Virus record (IMG/VR): IMGVR_UViG_3300020044_002951
Location: 1 to 31,734 of that record
DNA from: a virus
Taxonomy: Duplodnaviria > Caudoviricetes
Reading direction: 5' to 3' (one strand)
Length of the DNA: 31,734 nucleotides
Under the pieces are notes generated by a model. That model saw nothing but the letters and a program-made list of their open reading frames with translations, did not search any database and had not been told where the DNA came from. Below are positions 8,041-15,732 of the stretch, one piece after another. A program made the position numbers and the translations under genes. Numbering within the stretch: position 1 is the first letter of the stretch; each line of letters starts with the position of its first letter.

Positions 8041-8415
8041 TTAGTTTTTTGATAATTTAAAATTTGTTTTATAACATAACGGGTTTTCTTCTTTCATACT
8101 TAATGCAACCTCATAAGCTTCTTCGTATGAATAATACTCTTGTAAATAAATGTTTATGTATGGTATTGCATCTTCATCCATATAATCATTATAACACATA
8201 AATTCAACAAAGTTTTCAATTATTGGGTCTGAATGCATATTATCAGTAATTAAAATTTCATTATCAATATTTATTAAAATTACTTTATTTGGCATATATG
8301 GACCATCATAAATCATTTTATAAATAAATCTATCAACTTCAATTGTACTTTTAAATTCAAAACATTCAATGTCTTTTTTTAAAATCAATGGTGCGTAGTG
8401 TAGTTTAATTTTCAT
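8041..8415 (-). CDS. Hypothetical acidic protein
   Basis: 124-aa AT-rich ORF in operon. Confidence 0.65.
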   Translation of the reverse strand: MKIKLHYAPLILKKDIECFEFKSTIEVDRFIYKMIYDGPYMPNKVILINIDNEILITDNMHSDPIIENFVEFMCYNDYMDEDAIPYINIYLQEYYSYEEAYEVALSMKEENPLCYKTNFKLSKN

Positions 8416-8419
8416 GTTA

Positions 8420-9130
8420 TTATTTTTTGGTTTTTAAGTATTCAAATACTGCTATTTTCTTTGCAAGGTTTCTTAACCTATCCTGCTCAACTCCTTTGAT
8501 GTTTTGGATGCCATCAATCAGCAACTGGTTAAAAGATTTATACTCATGCCTGTTAGTCCTGTCTAACTCGGTTTCATTTTGTAACTGACTCAATCGGTAC
8601 TCTGCAGCTTTGTTGTAAATCACTTTCTTTTCTTCTACAGATAATCTTATCCGGCCAGTTAACTCAAACCAGTCATAAAGGTAAAGCGGAATGAGTGATA
8701 GTTTAATGTCTTTTTTCTGTTCCCATTCGTCACATTCTTTAATCTTTTCTTCATGCGTAACTTGTAATATAGGTGGCAATTCAGCAGGTTTTTGGACTTT
8801 TAAAGATTCGTTATAAATCCATTTCTTATAGGCACCCATTACTCCGTTTAAAATAGGTATCGTAAAAGCATCGTAAACCTTTAAGTCATATTCTAACTGG
8901 TCCTTAACCGCTAAATCAAAAGCTAAATAAAGTTCATCTAATGTCTTTTGCGAATAGTTAGATAAAAGATAACTGCATAGCATTTTGGTTTCTACGTCAC
9001 TTGGATAATTTTGCTGCCTAAGTCCAATGAGCATGTAAATCTTTACAAGCGTTGCCATCATTTCGGGTGCAGTTGATTGCCCTATTCTTTTAGAATCCAA
9101 GATTTTCTGAATTTCGTTTGATGTAATCAT
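8420..9130 (-). CDS. Hypothetical protein in the lambda-P-like position (possible helicase loader)
   Basis: 236-aa helical ORF overlapping the initiator gene. Function inferred from position only. Confidence 0.6.
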   Translation of the reverse strand: MITSNEIQKILDSKRIGQSTAPEMMATLVKIYMLIGLRQQNYPSDVETKMLCSYLLSNYSQKTLDELYLAFDLAVKDQLEYDLKVYDAFTIPILNGVMGAYKKWIYNESLKVQKPAELPPILQVTHEEKIKECDEWEQKKDIKLSLIPLYLYDWFELTGRIRLSVEEKKVIYNKAAEYRLSQLQNETELDRTNRHEYKSFNQLLIDGIQNIKGVEQDRLRNLAKKIAVFEYLKTKK

Positions 9131-9875
9131 ACATTAACTGTTCTCGTTTTTGTGAATTTGTTTTATCTCCTTCAATAAATTTCTGTGTTTTTATCCAGTT
9201 GGTGAAATGTTTATAAACTTCATCCTCTGAATTGTAATGAACCACTCCGGTAAGTTTTTCAAGTTTAAAGGCATCCCATAGTTTAAAAATAGTATCTTCA
9301 TCAATTCTTTTTTGTTTTAATATAAACATTTGTTCAATGATGGATTTATAAAAATGTTCAGGTAAATCTTGAAAATCAGAATTTATAAATTTTTTCCCTT
9401 TAATTATTAATTCTTCTATTTCTTCTTTTTCTTCTAATTCTTCTTTATATATGTTCACGTGTTGTTCATGTGTTGTTCGTGTGTTGTTCACGTGTTGTTC
9501 ATTGCCTGTTCTTAGGGTGTTCATTGCCTGTTCACTTTCATTTGATTGACCTTGATAACTATCATATTTACAGATAGTTATGAGCGAAAAATGGCTGTTC
9601 ACTTCTATTTTTATTTGCCCTAATTCCTCAAATTGTTTAATTGTTCTATAAATTATATTTCCATTGATGTTTAATTCTTCTTCAGCTTTAAATCTGCCAA
9701 AGATTAACTGACCTCTTTTTACCTCAATGGTAATAAATCCACGCCCTATATTGATAGGCACAAAAGCATTTTTAAAGTTGGCTTTAAGTAGCATCCATAT
9801 CCATATTTTTAAATGATTAGGATTAGCAAATGAATAACTTTCTAATAAAGAACGATTTAATTTAATATAACTCAT
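9090..9875 (-). CDS. Phage replication initiator (O/replisome-organiser-like winged helix)
   Basis: YIKL.R......W..LL.AN.....I.RGQ.....L.E.....G.I.......ITI.KY..YQ followed by a low-complexity linker encoded by iterons. Confidence 0.85.
   Translation of the reverse strand: MSYIKLNRSLLESYSFANPNHLKIWIWMLLKANFKNAFVPINIGRGFITIEVKRGQLIFGRFKAEEELNINGNIIYRTIKQFEELGQIKIEVNSHFSLITICKYDSYQGQSNESEQAMNTLRTGNEQHVNNTRTTHEQHVNIYKEELEEKEEIEELIIKGKKFINSDFQDLPEHFYKSIIEQMFILKQKRIDEDTIFKLWDAFKLEKLTGVVHYNSEDEVYKHFTNWIKTQKFIEGDKTNSQKREQLMYDYIKRNSENLGF
9452..9539. repeat. Iterons of the putative replication origin: eight TGTTC-N6 units, exact 11-bp period
   Basis: TGTTC at 9452, 9463, 9474, 9485, 9496, 9507, 9518 and 9529, flanked by an AT-rich, strand-asymmetric tract (~9380-9450). 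Confidence 0.85.
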
Positions 9876-10077
9876 GTTTCATTTTGTTTTTAAGTTCTAT
9901 TAAATCAAATACTAATTCTTCAATATCAGATTGTGTTAATGCAACTGACATGCTTTCAGAATGGTCGTTAAATAAATTAACATAAACTAAATCAGTATGA
10001 TTGTTTATTTCTAAATCAAGCTTCAAATAAGTTCCATCTTTGTAACATTCAAATTTTTTTTCTAATTGTATTGGCAT
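9862..10077 (-). CDS. Hypothetical protein
   Basis: 71-aa ORF overlapping the initiator start. Confidence 0.7.
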   Translation of the reverse strand: MPIQLEKKFECYKDGTYLKLDLEINNHTDLVYVNLFNDHSESMSVALTQSDIEELVFDLIELKNKMKHELY

Positions 10078-10167
10078 AAAATAAAAAACCCAGTAGGGAC
10101 GAACTACCGGGAATATATTTAGATTTCTCTAAATAAATTAGTAAATGCTTCGTCCTTCATTTACTAA
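10078..10167 (-). ncRNA. Structured leader RNA: three hairpins with a kissing loop, ending in an intrinsic terminator
   Basis: UUAGUAAAUG-AAGGACGAAG-CAUUUACUAA; UAUUUAGA-GAAA-UCUAAAUA; CCCGGUAG-UUCGUCC-CUACUGGG-UUUUUUAUUUU. Loops GGACGAA and UUCGUCC are exact complements. Confidence 0.75.
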
Positions 10168-10175
10168 CCTTTCTA

Positions 10176-10204
10176 CAAATATACAAAACTTTCTACAAAT
10201 CAAA
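10176..10204 (-). promoter_or_regulatory. Bacteroidota housekeeping promoter driving the leader RNA and replication genes
   Basis: TTTG-N17-TATATTTG on the minus strand, ending 8 nt before hairpin 1. Confidence 0.65.
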
Positions 10205-10612
10205 AACTTTTTTTCTCCGATATGCTTTCTGTCTAATATAGTAATCTTCAGTATAAACAAAGTATCTCGTATGTCCGAAAATATCTTTGTGAAACTTTAA
10301 ATACTTTTCTCTATACCTTTCATCAAAGCATAATCCCTCAAGTCGTTTAACTGCGTTAATGACTGTTGAATGGTCTCTACCGCCTAATAGGTTACCGATT
10401 CTCTTATAACCGATATTTAAGCCATGATAAAGCAAATCACTTATTATACATCTGGCTTCAACATTCTCGGAGAATCTTCTTTTACTGATTATCTGACCGA
10501 CTGAAATATCAAAGTATTCGCTCACCTTCTTAATAATCGTATCGGGAGTCATTTCATCTAAATACTCAACAGGTATAGATGTGTGGCATTTGTTGCAGTA
10601 TTTTTGTATCAT
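10193..10612 (-). CDS. Stand-alone DnaA domain IV (Bac_DnaA_C HTH) protein
   Basis: IIKKVSEYFDIS...I.SKRR....V.AR......IG..LGGRDHSTVINA. No AAA+ domain. Confidence 0.88.
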   Translation of the reverse strand: MIQKYCNKCHTSIPVEYLDEMTPDTIIKKVSEYFDISVGQIISKRRFSENVEARCIISDLLYHGLNIGYKRIGNLLGGRDHSTVINAVKRLEGLCFDERYREKYLKFHKDIFGHTRYFVYTEDYYIRQKAYRRKKVFDL

Positions 10613-10914
10613 AAGCTATGCACCTCCTTTCTTACTTCACCACCTGCGTGTTGTTTTTCTTCCCATAACTTACCCCTTAATTCAGGGCATTCCTCTTGTA
10701 ATCTTTGTCTGCATCTGCGGATTGTTTCCGGATTAGTATACTTACCTTCTGCAAATTCATGCAGGAAATCCAGTCCGGTAATCTTTAAAAGGTTGCTTTC
10801 TGATTCGTGATAATAATAGGTTGCAATTAATCTATTATCATTATCTCTTAATTCAGGTGACTTAATTAAAAGTGCTTTTACTTTGTCTTTGGCTTGTTTT
10901 AGTTTTTTAATCAT
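10609..10914 (-). CDS. Phage hypothetical protein (P.LRD.D / ETIRR.RQ.LQE..P.LRG)
   Basis: 101-aa ORF with ATGA overlaps. Confidence 0.75.
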   Translation of the reverse strand: MIKKLKQAKDKVKALLIKSPELRDNDNRLIATYYYHESESNLLKITGLDFLHEFAEGKYTNPETIRRCRQRLQEECPELRGKLWEEKQHAGGEVRKEVHSL

Positions 10915-10991
10915 TGGTATTTTTTTATTAGTTTATCAACTTTGGTTTGTGCTTCAGTAAGATGTTTTTTCTTAACGTAGTAATATCCCAT
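10911..10991 (-). CDS. Possible 26-aa basic peptide (MGYYYVKKKHLTEAQTKVDKLIKKYQ)
   Basis: Translated by hand. Its stop overlaps the next ATG (ATGA). Confidence 0.4.
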   Translation of the reverse strand: MGYYYVKKKHLTEAQTKVDKLIKKYQ

Positions 10992-11001
10992 TACTTTTTT
11001 C

Positions 11002-11220
11002 TCATCTTCTGGTTTTTTTAGCCATGGCTTTGGCTTGAATTGTTTGGATAGGCGCATCTGATAAGTCGGTTTTTTTTACTATGAATTGGTTATTGTCTTG
11101 GTCTTGAACTGTTAGAAGTTCTCCGTGATTTGCGAAAACTGATACTCTCGTTCCAGTCGTTCCGAAAACCCTCAATGAGTTCACTGCTATTATATCTTTG
11201 TTTAAGTATTTCCAAATCAT
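11002..11220 (-). CDS. Hypothetical small beta protein
   Basis: 72-aa ORF; overlaps the upstream ORF by 131 bp. Confidence 0.6.
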   Translation of the reverse strand: MIWKYLNKDIIAVNSLRVFGTTGTRVSVFANHGELLTVQDQDNNQFIVKKTDLSDAPIQTIQAKAMAKKTRR

Positions 11221-11410
11221 AATGGTTACAAAATTTAATAGTTGGATGAATGTTTTTTAAAATTAATTGCTCAATTTCATCGTACATAACGCACTCTCTT
11301 AATTTGTGCAGATTTGTATTTAAAGGATAGTCAGGGAAACGCATTATATTGTTTCCCCGAAGTCCAATGTAATTGACAATCTTATTGTTTAATACTGCAA
11401 AGGTTGTCAT
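11090..11410 (-). CDS. Hypothetical protein
   Basis: ATGA-coupled to the upstream gene. The C-terminal part looks like read-through into the next gene. Confidence 0.55.
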   Translation of the reverse strand: MTTFAVLNNKIVNYIGLRGNNIMRFPDYPLNTNLHKLRECVMYDEIEQLILKNIHPTIKFCNHYDLEILKQRYNSSELIEGFRNDWNESISFRKSRRTSNSSRPRQ

Positions 11411-11877
11411 TTCTTAAGTGTTATTTTATAGGTTGATGTAGATTGTTTTGATGGCGGATAAATCATACATACTTCGCCAGTTTGCTCGTTAATGACTGAT
11501 AAACCCGACGCAGGAACTGTCTTTAAAAACTCTTTTCTATCTTTTAAATCGGCTTCAACAGATTGTAATTGTTGTTCTAATTGCTGATATAAAGCATCCC
11601 CACAATTATCAAAATTGTATTTAACTCCTGTTTCTGCTAATTCTAATTTAGCCGATTGGGTTTCTATCTGCTTTCCGTTCTTTGTAATTTCATCCCGGAC
11701 ATAGTCGCTAAATTGTTTATTGGCTCTTAATTCTTTAATAAAGTTCTCCATAACGGATAGTGCTTCAGCGGCTTCTATTGCTCTGCCGTTATCAAAGATT
11801 TCTTTTAATGACATATCAGCCATAATCTTGAGTTGAGATTTGCTGATTCCGTTGGTGAGTGATGGTAATTGGTACAT
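11407..11877 (-). CDS. Phage hypothetical protein in the recombination module
   Basis: 156-aa ORF with coiled coil, following ERF. Confidence 0.75.
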   Translation of the reverse strand: MYQLPSLTNGISKSQLKIMADMSLKEIFDNGRAIEAAEALSVMENFIKELRANKQFSDYVRDEITKNGKQIETQSAKLELAETGVKYNFDNCGDALYQQLEQQLQSVEADLKDRKEFLKTVPASGLSVINEQTGEVCMIYPPSKQSTSTYKITLKK

Positions 11878-11879
11878 GG

Positions 11880-12434
11880 TTATTTAGTTTGGTTTAAGGT
11901 ATTTAGTAATTCGGTTTCAATTTCTTTACTCAACTTATAAGCTGATTTTATTTTCTCTATGGTTGTAGCACCTGACTTTAGTTTGGTAACCGCAGCGTCA
12001 AATACTTTGCCCTTATTTAACCATGGCTTGTCCTCAGGTTTGTTGTTGCCGTAAGTAGCATAATTACCATCATCATCTGAATCTTGGACATTGAGATTTA
12101 AAGCGGAAACCAATCCATACCTTTTTTGATACGTCAGGCAACTACCGATGCCTTGTGGGTCATTCTTAACTGGAGTCATTGTGTACTCACATTGTAGGTA
12201 CTCACCTGATTCGTGAAGGATTAAAGTAGTTAATCCATGGTCTCCAGTAGGAAACTGACATACAGTTAACCCGGATTCAATTAATGGTTCTTTGATGGAT
12301 TCTTGGATAGTTGACAGGGTTGCGTAAGAAGATTTAAAAAAAGGGTTTTTAGCATCTTTGTAAACCTCTCCCATTTTGACCTGAAAGAGGATGAGTGCTT
12401 TTGCAATGTTGGTGATTGATTCTGATTTTTGCAT
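11880..12434 (-). CDS. erf: ERF-family single-strand annealing protein
   Basis: K.AKNPFFKS.YA.L..I......L...GL...Q and PQGIGS.LTY.KRY.L.......DDDGN. Confidence 0.92.
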   Translation of the reverse strand: MQKSESITNIAKALILFQVKMGEVYKDAKNPFFKSSYATLSTIQESIKEPLIESGLTVCQFPTGDHGLTTLILHESGEYLQCEYTMTPVKNDPQGIGSCLTYQKRYGLVSALNLNVQDSDDDGNYATYGNNKPEDKPWLNKGKVFDAAVTKLKSGATTIEKIKSAYKLSKEIETELLNTLNQTK

Positions 12435-12541
12435 TTTGTTTGGTTTAAGATTTGATAAAATTGTTCATCATTGACTGAGTAAAGTATTTCAGCTAACAGT
12501 TTGCGAGTTTGCTTTTTGGAACTCTTGCTCAAGTTTTTCAT
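12281..12541 (-). CDS. Hypothetical protein; likely only the first ~36 codons are meaningful
   Basis: ORF track. The 3' half overlaps erf out of frame. Confidence 0.4.
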   Translation of the reverse strand: MKNLSKSSKKQTRKLLAEILYSVNDEQFYQILNQTKCKNQNQSPTLQKHSSSFRSKWERFTKMLKTLFLNLLTQPCQLSKNPSKNH

Positions 12542-12710
12542 TGTGAAGTTTTAATTTTTCAATTAATTGCTCTTTAGTGTATAAAGGATATTCGGATTCA
12601 ATCTCTCTTATTGCTATATTAATAAGACCTTTATATCCTCCAATTATACCTGCAAAGTCAAATACTTTTTTTGATGAAATTTGATAAAGATTGTAAAATG
12701 CGTCTGTCAT
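12489..12710 (-). CDS. Hypothetical early protein
   Basis: Start reassigned to ATG 12710 (MTDAFY), preceded by an A-rich leader. Confidence 0.65.
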   Translation of the reverse strand: MTDAFYNLYQISSKKVFDFAGIIGGYKGLINIAIREIESEYPLYTKEQLIEKLKLHNEKLEQEFQKANSQTVS

Positions 12711-12720
12711 TGTTTTAGTT

Positions 12721-12792
12721 TTAGAGGTTGTCTGCAAAGCAGATTAATAAGGTTAAGATAATAATTGCGATAATTGTGTGTGATTGTTTCAT
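12721..12792 (-). CDS. 23-aa single-TM peptide (MKQSHTIIAIIILTLLICFADNL); not in ORF track
   Basis: Translated by hand. A-rich leader, fills the gap. Confidence 0.6.
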   Translation of the reverse strand: MKQSHTIIAIIILTLLICFADNL

Positions 12793-12800
12793 GATTTTTT

Positions 12801-12938
12801 TTAGTTTAAGATTGTAGTTTGGTTAGTAATATTGTTTGTTACATCAACGATATGCTCTCCAGTTGAGTTGTCAATGTAGTAAGTAAAATCACCGATGGTT
12901 ATGTAAACTGCTTCAGGTGATGCGATTTCAATTTTCAT
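12801..12938 (-). CDS. 45-aa early protein (MKIEIASPEAVYITIGDFTYYIDNSTGEHIVDV...); not in ORF track
   Basis: Translated by hand. A-rich leader, fills the gap. Confidence 0.7.
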   Translation of the reverse strand: MKIEIASPEAVYITIGDFTYYIDNSTGEHIVDVTNNITNQTTILN

Positions 12939-12963
12939 GTTGTGTAGTTTTTATGGTTTTAAA

Positions 12964-13179
12964 TTAGATTTCAAAAGAAGGACACATTGAGTATGAACCA
13001 CATGGCAAAATATATTTGCTGCCATCATAACCTATTTTTATTTTTCTTCTGATTACTTTACCTTCAAAAAAAATTGTTGCATAGTTACCTTTTATTTCTA
13101 AAAGTTCAGCAGTTAAAACAATATTGTAATCAGTTGCTAATCTTGTTTTTAATGTTTGAATTGATTTTGTAGTAGTCAT
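12964..13179 (-). CDS. First early gene, hypothetical (71 aa)
   Basis: Start reassigned to ATG 13179 because the track's TTG start lies inside the -7 promoter element. Confidence 0.7.
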   Translation of the reverse strand: MTTTKSIQTLKTRLATDYNIVLTAELLEIKGNYATIFFEGKVIRRKIKIGYDGSKYILPCGSYSMCPSFEI

Positions 13180-13218
13180 TTTTTTAAGTTTTAGTTTGTT
13201 TTTTTTTGTTTGATAAGT

Positions 13219-13226
13219 CAAAGATA
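13219..13226 (-). promoter_or_regulatory. Early promoter -7 element TATCTTTG
   Basis: Matches Bacteroidota TAnnTTTG in an extremely AT-rich intergenic region downstream of a terminator. The -33 element is weak. Confidence 0.6.
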
Positions 13227-13357
13227 TATCTTTTTGAATTAAAAAACATATTTTTTAGAAACTTTTTTTAAAAAAACCTTAAAATATTTTTTTCTGTCCT
13301 TTGAAACCATTAATTCTATTGAGTTATTAAAATAAAAAATATATCAAATTCATGCAC

Positions 13358-13386
13358 AAAAAAAGCCGAGTATAGAAATACCCGGC
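13358..13386 (-). terminator. Intrinsic terminator closing the late/lysis transcript
   Basis: GCCGGGTAT-TTCT-ATACTCGGC followed by T7. Confidence 0.85.
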
Positions 13387-13409
13387 CAACCAAAACCTAA
13401 AAACAAAAA

Positions 13410-13658
13410 CTACACATCTTCATCATCTTCAAATAGTTCATCGTACATCTCTGTAACGCATTCATCTATTATCCGAAGTGATTTCTTTAATATTCTTTTG
13501 ACTCTCAAAGCGTCTGTCTTATTCATCATTCCTGTATCTAATCCCTCAACCGCACTAATAGCGTTATAAGCGCATCCGATATAATCCTCACGAGTTGTGA
13601 GTTCTACTGCGGCATCCTCCAGTTCTTCCGATTGTTCAGATGTTGTTAAATCATCCAT
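13410..13658 (-). CDS. Acidic hypothetical protein
   Basis: 82 aa with D/E-rich termini. Confidence 0.7.
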   Translation of the reverse strand: MDDLTTSEQSEELEDAAVELTTREDYIGCAYNAISAVEGLDTGMMNKTDALRVKRILKKSLRIIDECVTEMYDELFEDDEDV

Positions 13659-13827
13659 TTTTAAGTTGTATTAAATCGGGCCGTTCATCATCAACCTTTC
13701 TGCCCATTTGTTTAGCGTTCAATCTGATTGAATTTAACCGCCTATATTTTTTACATAAACTTTCTAATATTGCAATCCTTTCTGAAGTTGGAACGTACTC
13801 CAATAGTTTTTCTATTTGTGTTTTCAT
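13651..13827 (-). CDS. 58-aa basic hypothetical protein (MKTQIEKLLEYVPTSERIAILESLCKKYRR...); not in ORF track
   Basis: Translated by hand. Fills the gap and overlaps the next start by 8 bp. Confidence 0.7.
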   Translation of the reverse strand: MKTQIEKLLEYVPTSERIAILESLCKKYRRLNSIRLNAKQMGRKVDDERPDLIQLKNG

Positions 13828-13835
13828 GCTGCAAT

Positions 13836-14831
13836 TTAATAAAGTTTCCCATCAATTATCTGAAAGTTCTTAACAATATAATTACCTGACTTTTCCACAA
13901 CTATGTGAGCGAACCCATGCTGAGCATTACTAACTAATGGTGAGTAGTTAGGTTTCTTTTCGCATAAACATCCAGTAGACCAACAAGAAATACTATTCCC
14001 ATCTAAATCAACCTCAACGTGATGGCTTGCTCTATGTAAGTGACCAACTATTATACTTTGCTTTGCTTTCATAAACGCACCCCTTGCCGGACTGACCGGA
14101 CTAAAAATACCTTTAAAGATATGATGGCCATGCGTTATTGACAATTTGCCTGCTTTTACTAAAGTTACGTCATCTAATAAAATAACCTTTTCTTCATTCA
14201 ATCTCAATCTTTCCTCTAAATGAAAATAAGGGTCGTCCCATATTTCTCTCGCTTTCATTAATAGGAATTTTTCCCATCTTACACAATGGTTACCTTTTAG
14301 CCAATAGATAGATGCTTCAGGAAACGTTGCACGTAATGATACTAAAAATTGTTTTGTAGCATCAAATTCTTGCTTAACCGACCTTTTACGTGGGTCCGAC
14401 TCAAACTTTGACGTATTATGGTTGTCTATTAAATCACCATTTATAAAGATAGTGTTTACTTTATTTTCAACTCCGTACTTCATTGCTATACTGATAGCAT
14501 CAATATCATGGTATGGAATGTGAAGGTCAGAAATTAATAAAATGTTATTGCATCCTATCGGCAGATTGAATGTTTCTCTTTTTTCTTGATGTGATTCGGG
14601 TAAATTGTATGGATTTATAGTTCTTGCTTCTTTCATAAAGTATTTAGTTTTAGTTACATGTTTTCTATTTAGATTTCCTTTTTTACCCTCAATATATCTG
14701 AGTGATGTCCTGCAATCCTCCGAATCTTTAAACAACAGATTCTCATGCTTATACATGATTTTTGCAAGCTGATGCGTAGGCATGTCAGGATATTTATCCC
14801 TGTACTCCCTTGCTTTTTTAGATTTGAGCAT
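13836..14831 (-). CDS. Calcineurin-like metallophosphoesterase
   Basis: SDLH, GDLID, GNH, HGH and GHLH motifs in canonical order. Confidence 0.9.
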   Translation of the reverse strand: MLKSKKAREYRDKYPDMPTHQLAKIMYKHENLLFKDSEDCRTSLRYIEGKKGNLNRKHVTKTKYFMKEARTINPYNLPESHQEKRETFNLPIGCNNILLISDLHIPYHDIDAISIAMKYGVENKVNTIFINGDLIDNHNTSKFESDPRKRSVKQEFDATKQFLVSLRATFPEASIYWLKGNHCVRWEKFLLMKAREIWDDPYFHLEERLRLNEEKVILLDDVTLVKAGKLSITHGHHIFKGIFSPVSPARGAFMKAKQSIIVGHLHRASHHVEVDLDGNSISCWSTGCLCEKKPNYSPLVSNAQHGFAHIVVEKSGNYIVKNFQIIDGKLY

Positions 14832-15267
14832 AAAGATTATATTCGTCTGTCCTGCGTCTTACAAGTCCTTTAAGTGTTTTTAATTCTCCATTAACCCTTG
14901 CTTTAGTCCATTTAAAAAACTCATCTCTTATAGTCAAATCGTAAGGATTAACCTGACATTTACGATATAAAGTAGACCTCAAAAAATTACCAATACCTAA
15001 ATTATAAACAAAAGAAACCAGCGCATCGTACTGGTTTTGATTAACATTAAGTACAGGAATTTGAGCAGCAATTTTTTCAACTTCGTGTATTAATAATTCT
15101 TCAGCTCTTTTCATGCTTATTTTTTCGCCCATTTTTACTTTGCTTCCATCAGGATAACGAATCGTTCCATAACCAATAGTCGGAACTTTAGCAGGACATA
15201 AGTAACTTTCCAAATACAACCCCTCCCATTTCTTAATTAAATCAATGGCATTTTTGGATGCTTTCAT
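14818..15267 (-). CDS. Endolysin, GH24 phage lysozyme
   Basis: IKKWEG....Y.CPA..PTIGYG; NQNQYDALVSFVYNLG; GLVRRR..E. Confidence 0.95.
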   Translation of the reverse strand: MKASKNAIDLIKKWEGLYLESYLCPAKVPTIGYGTIRYPDGSKVKMGEKISMKRAEELLIHEVEKIAAQIPVLNVNQNQYDALVSFVYNLGIGNFLRSTLYRKCQVNPYDLTIRDEFFKWTKARVNGELKTLKGLVRRRTDEYNLYAQI

Positions 15268-15716
15268 CTTTTACGGATTAAGTGAAGTATAATTGATACG
15301 CATAACGCTATTAGGAGCGATATAATCCACTTTTGACCTTTAGCAATACTATCCTTTAGTTTTGAATTTTGAGCCGTTAAATCGGCTATAATCGGCTCAT
15401 CGGATGAGTCCTTTATTTTGATAGTATCATGGATAGCAGGCGGTCGCTTTAAAATTTCCCTATATTTTATCAAAACTTGTCTTTCAGGACACTTTTCGCT
15501 AATTGTGTCCACTTGCAATAATGTATCAATATGACTCAAAAAAGCCACATATTTGGTTGAATCACTTTTAACTTTTACAGGTACGCATGGCCACCACCAC
15601 CTCGTTTTCGCTCTCAACATGTCCTGATGCTCAATGTAAGCACGATTGACTTGTCGCTCTGCTTTCTCGGTAGTATAGCAGGAAACTAATAAAAATATTG
15701 GTAGTAAGTACTTCAT
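15264..15716 (-). CDS. Putative unimolecular spanin (lipoprotein with C-terminal TM helix)
   Basis: Lipobox MKYLLPIFLLVS-C; C-terminal WIISLLIALCVSIILHLI-RKR; adjacent to the endolysin. Confidence 0.7.
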   Translation of the reverse strand: MKYLLPIFLLVSCYTTEKAERQVNRAYIEHQDMLRAKTRWWWPCVPVKVKSDSTKYVAFLSHIDTLLQVDTISEKCPERQVLIKYREILKRPPAIHDTIKIKDSSDEPIIADLTAQNSKLKDSIAKGQKWIISLLIALCVSIILHLIRKR

Positions 15717-15728
15717 TCTTTATATTTG
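15698..15728 (+). promoter_or_regulatory. Antisense Bacteroidota promoter TTG-N20-TATATTTG
   Basis: ttg at 15698-15700 and tatatttg at 15721-15728. Confidence 0.6.
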
Positions 15729-15732
15729 TGAA

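Noticed and set aside
10193-10612. Calling this gene dnaA or a host oriC region
   Set aside because: Only domain IV is present, in a phage context, and I saw no DnaA-box cluster.
13230-13350. att site, dif site or genome terminus in the AT-rich intergenic region
   Set aside because: No integrase in the window and no convincing repeat or dyad beyond A/T runs.
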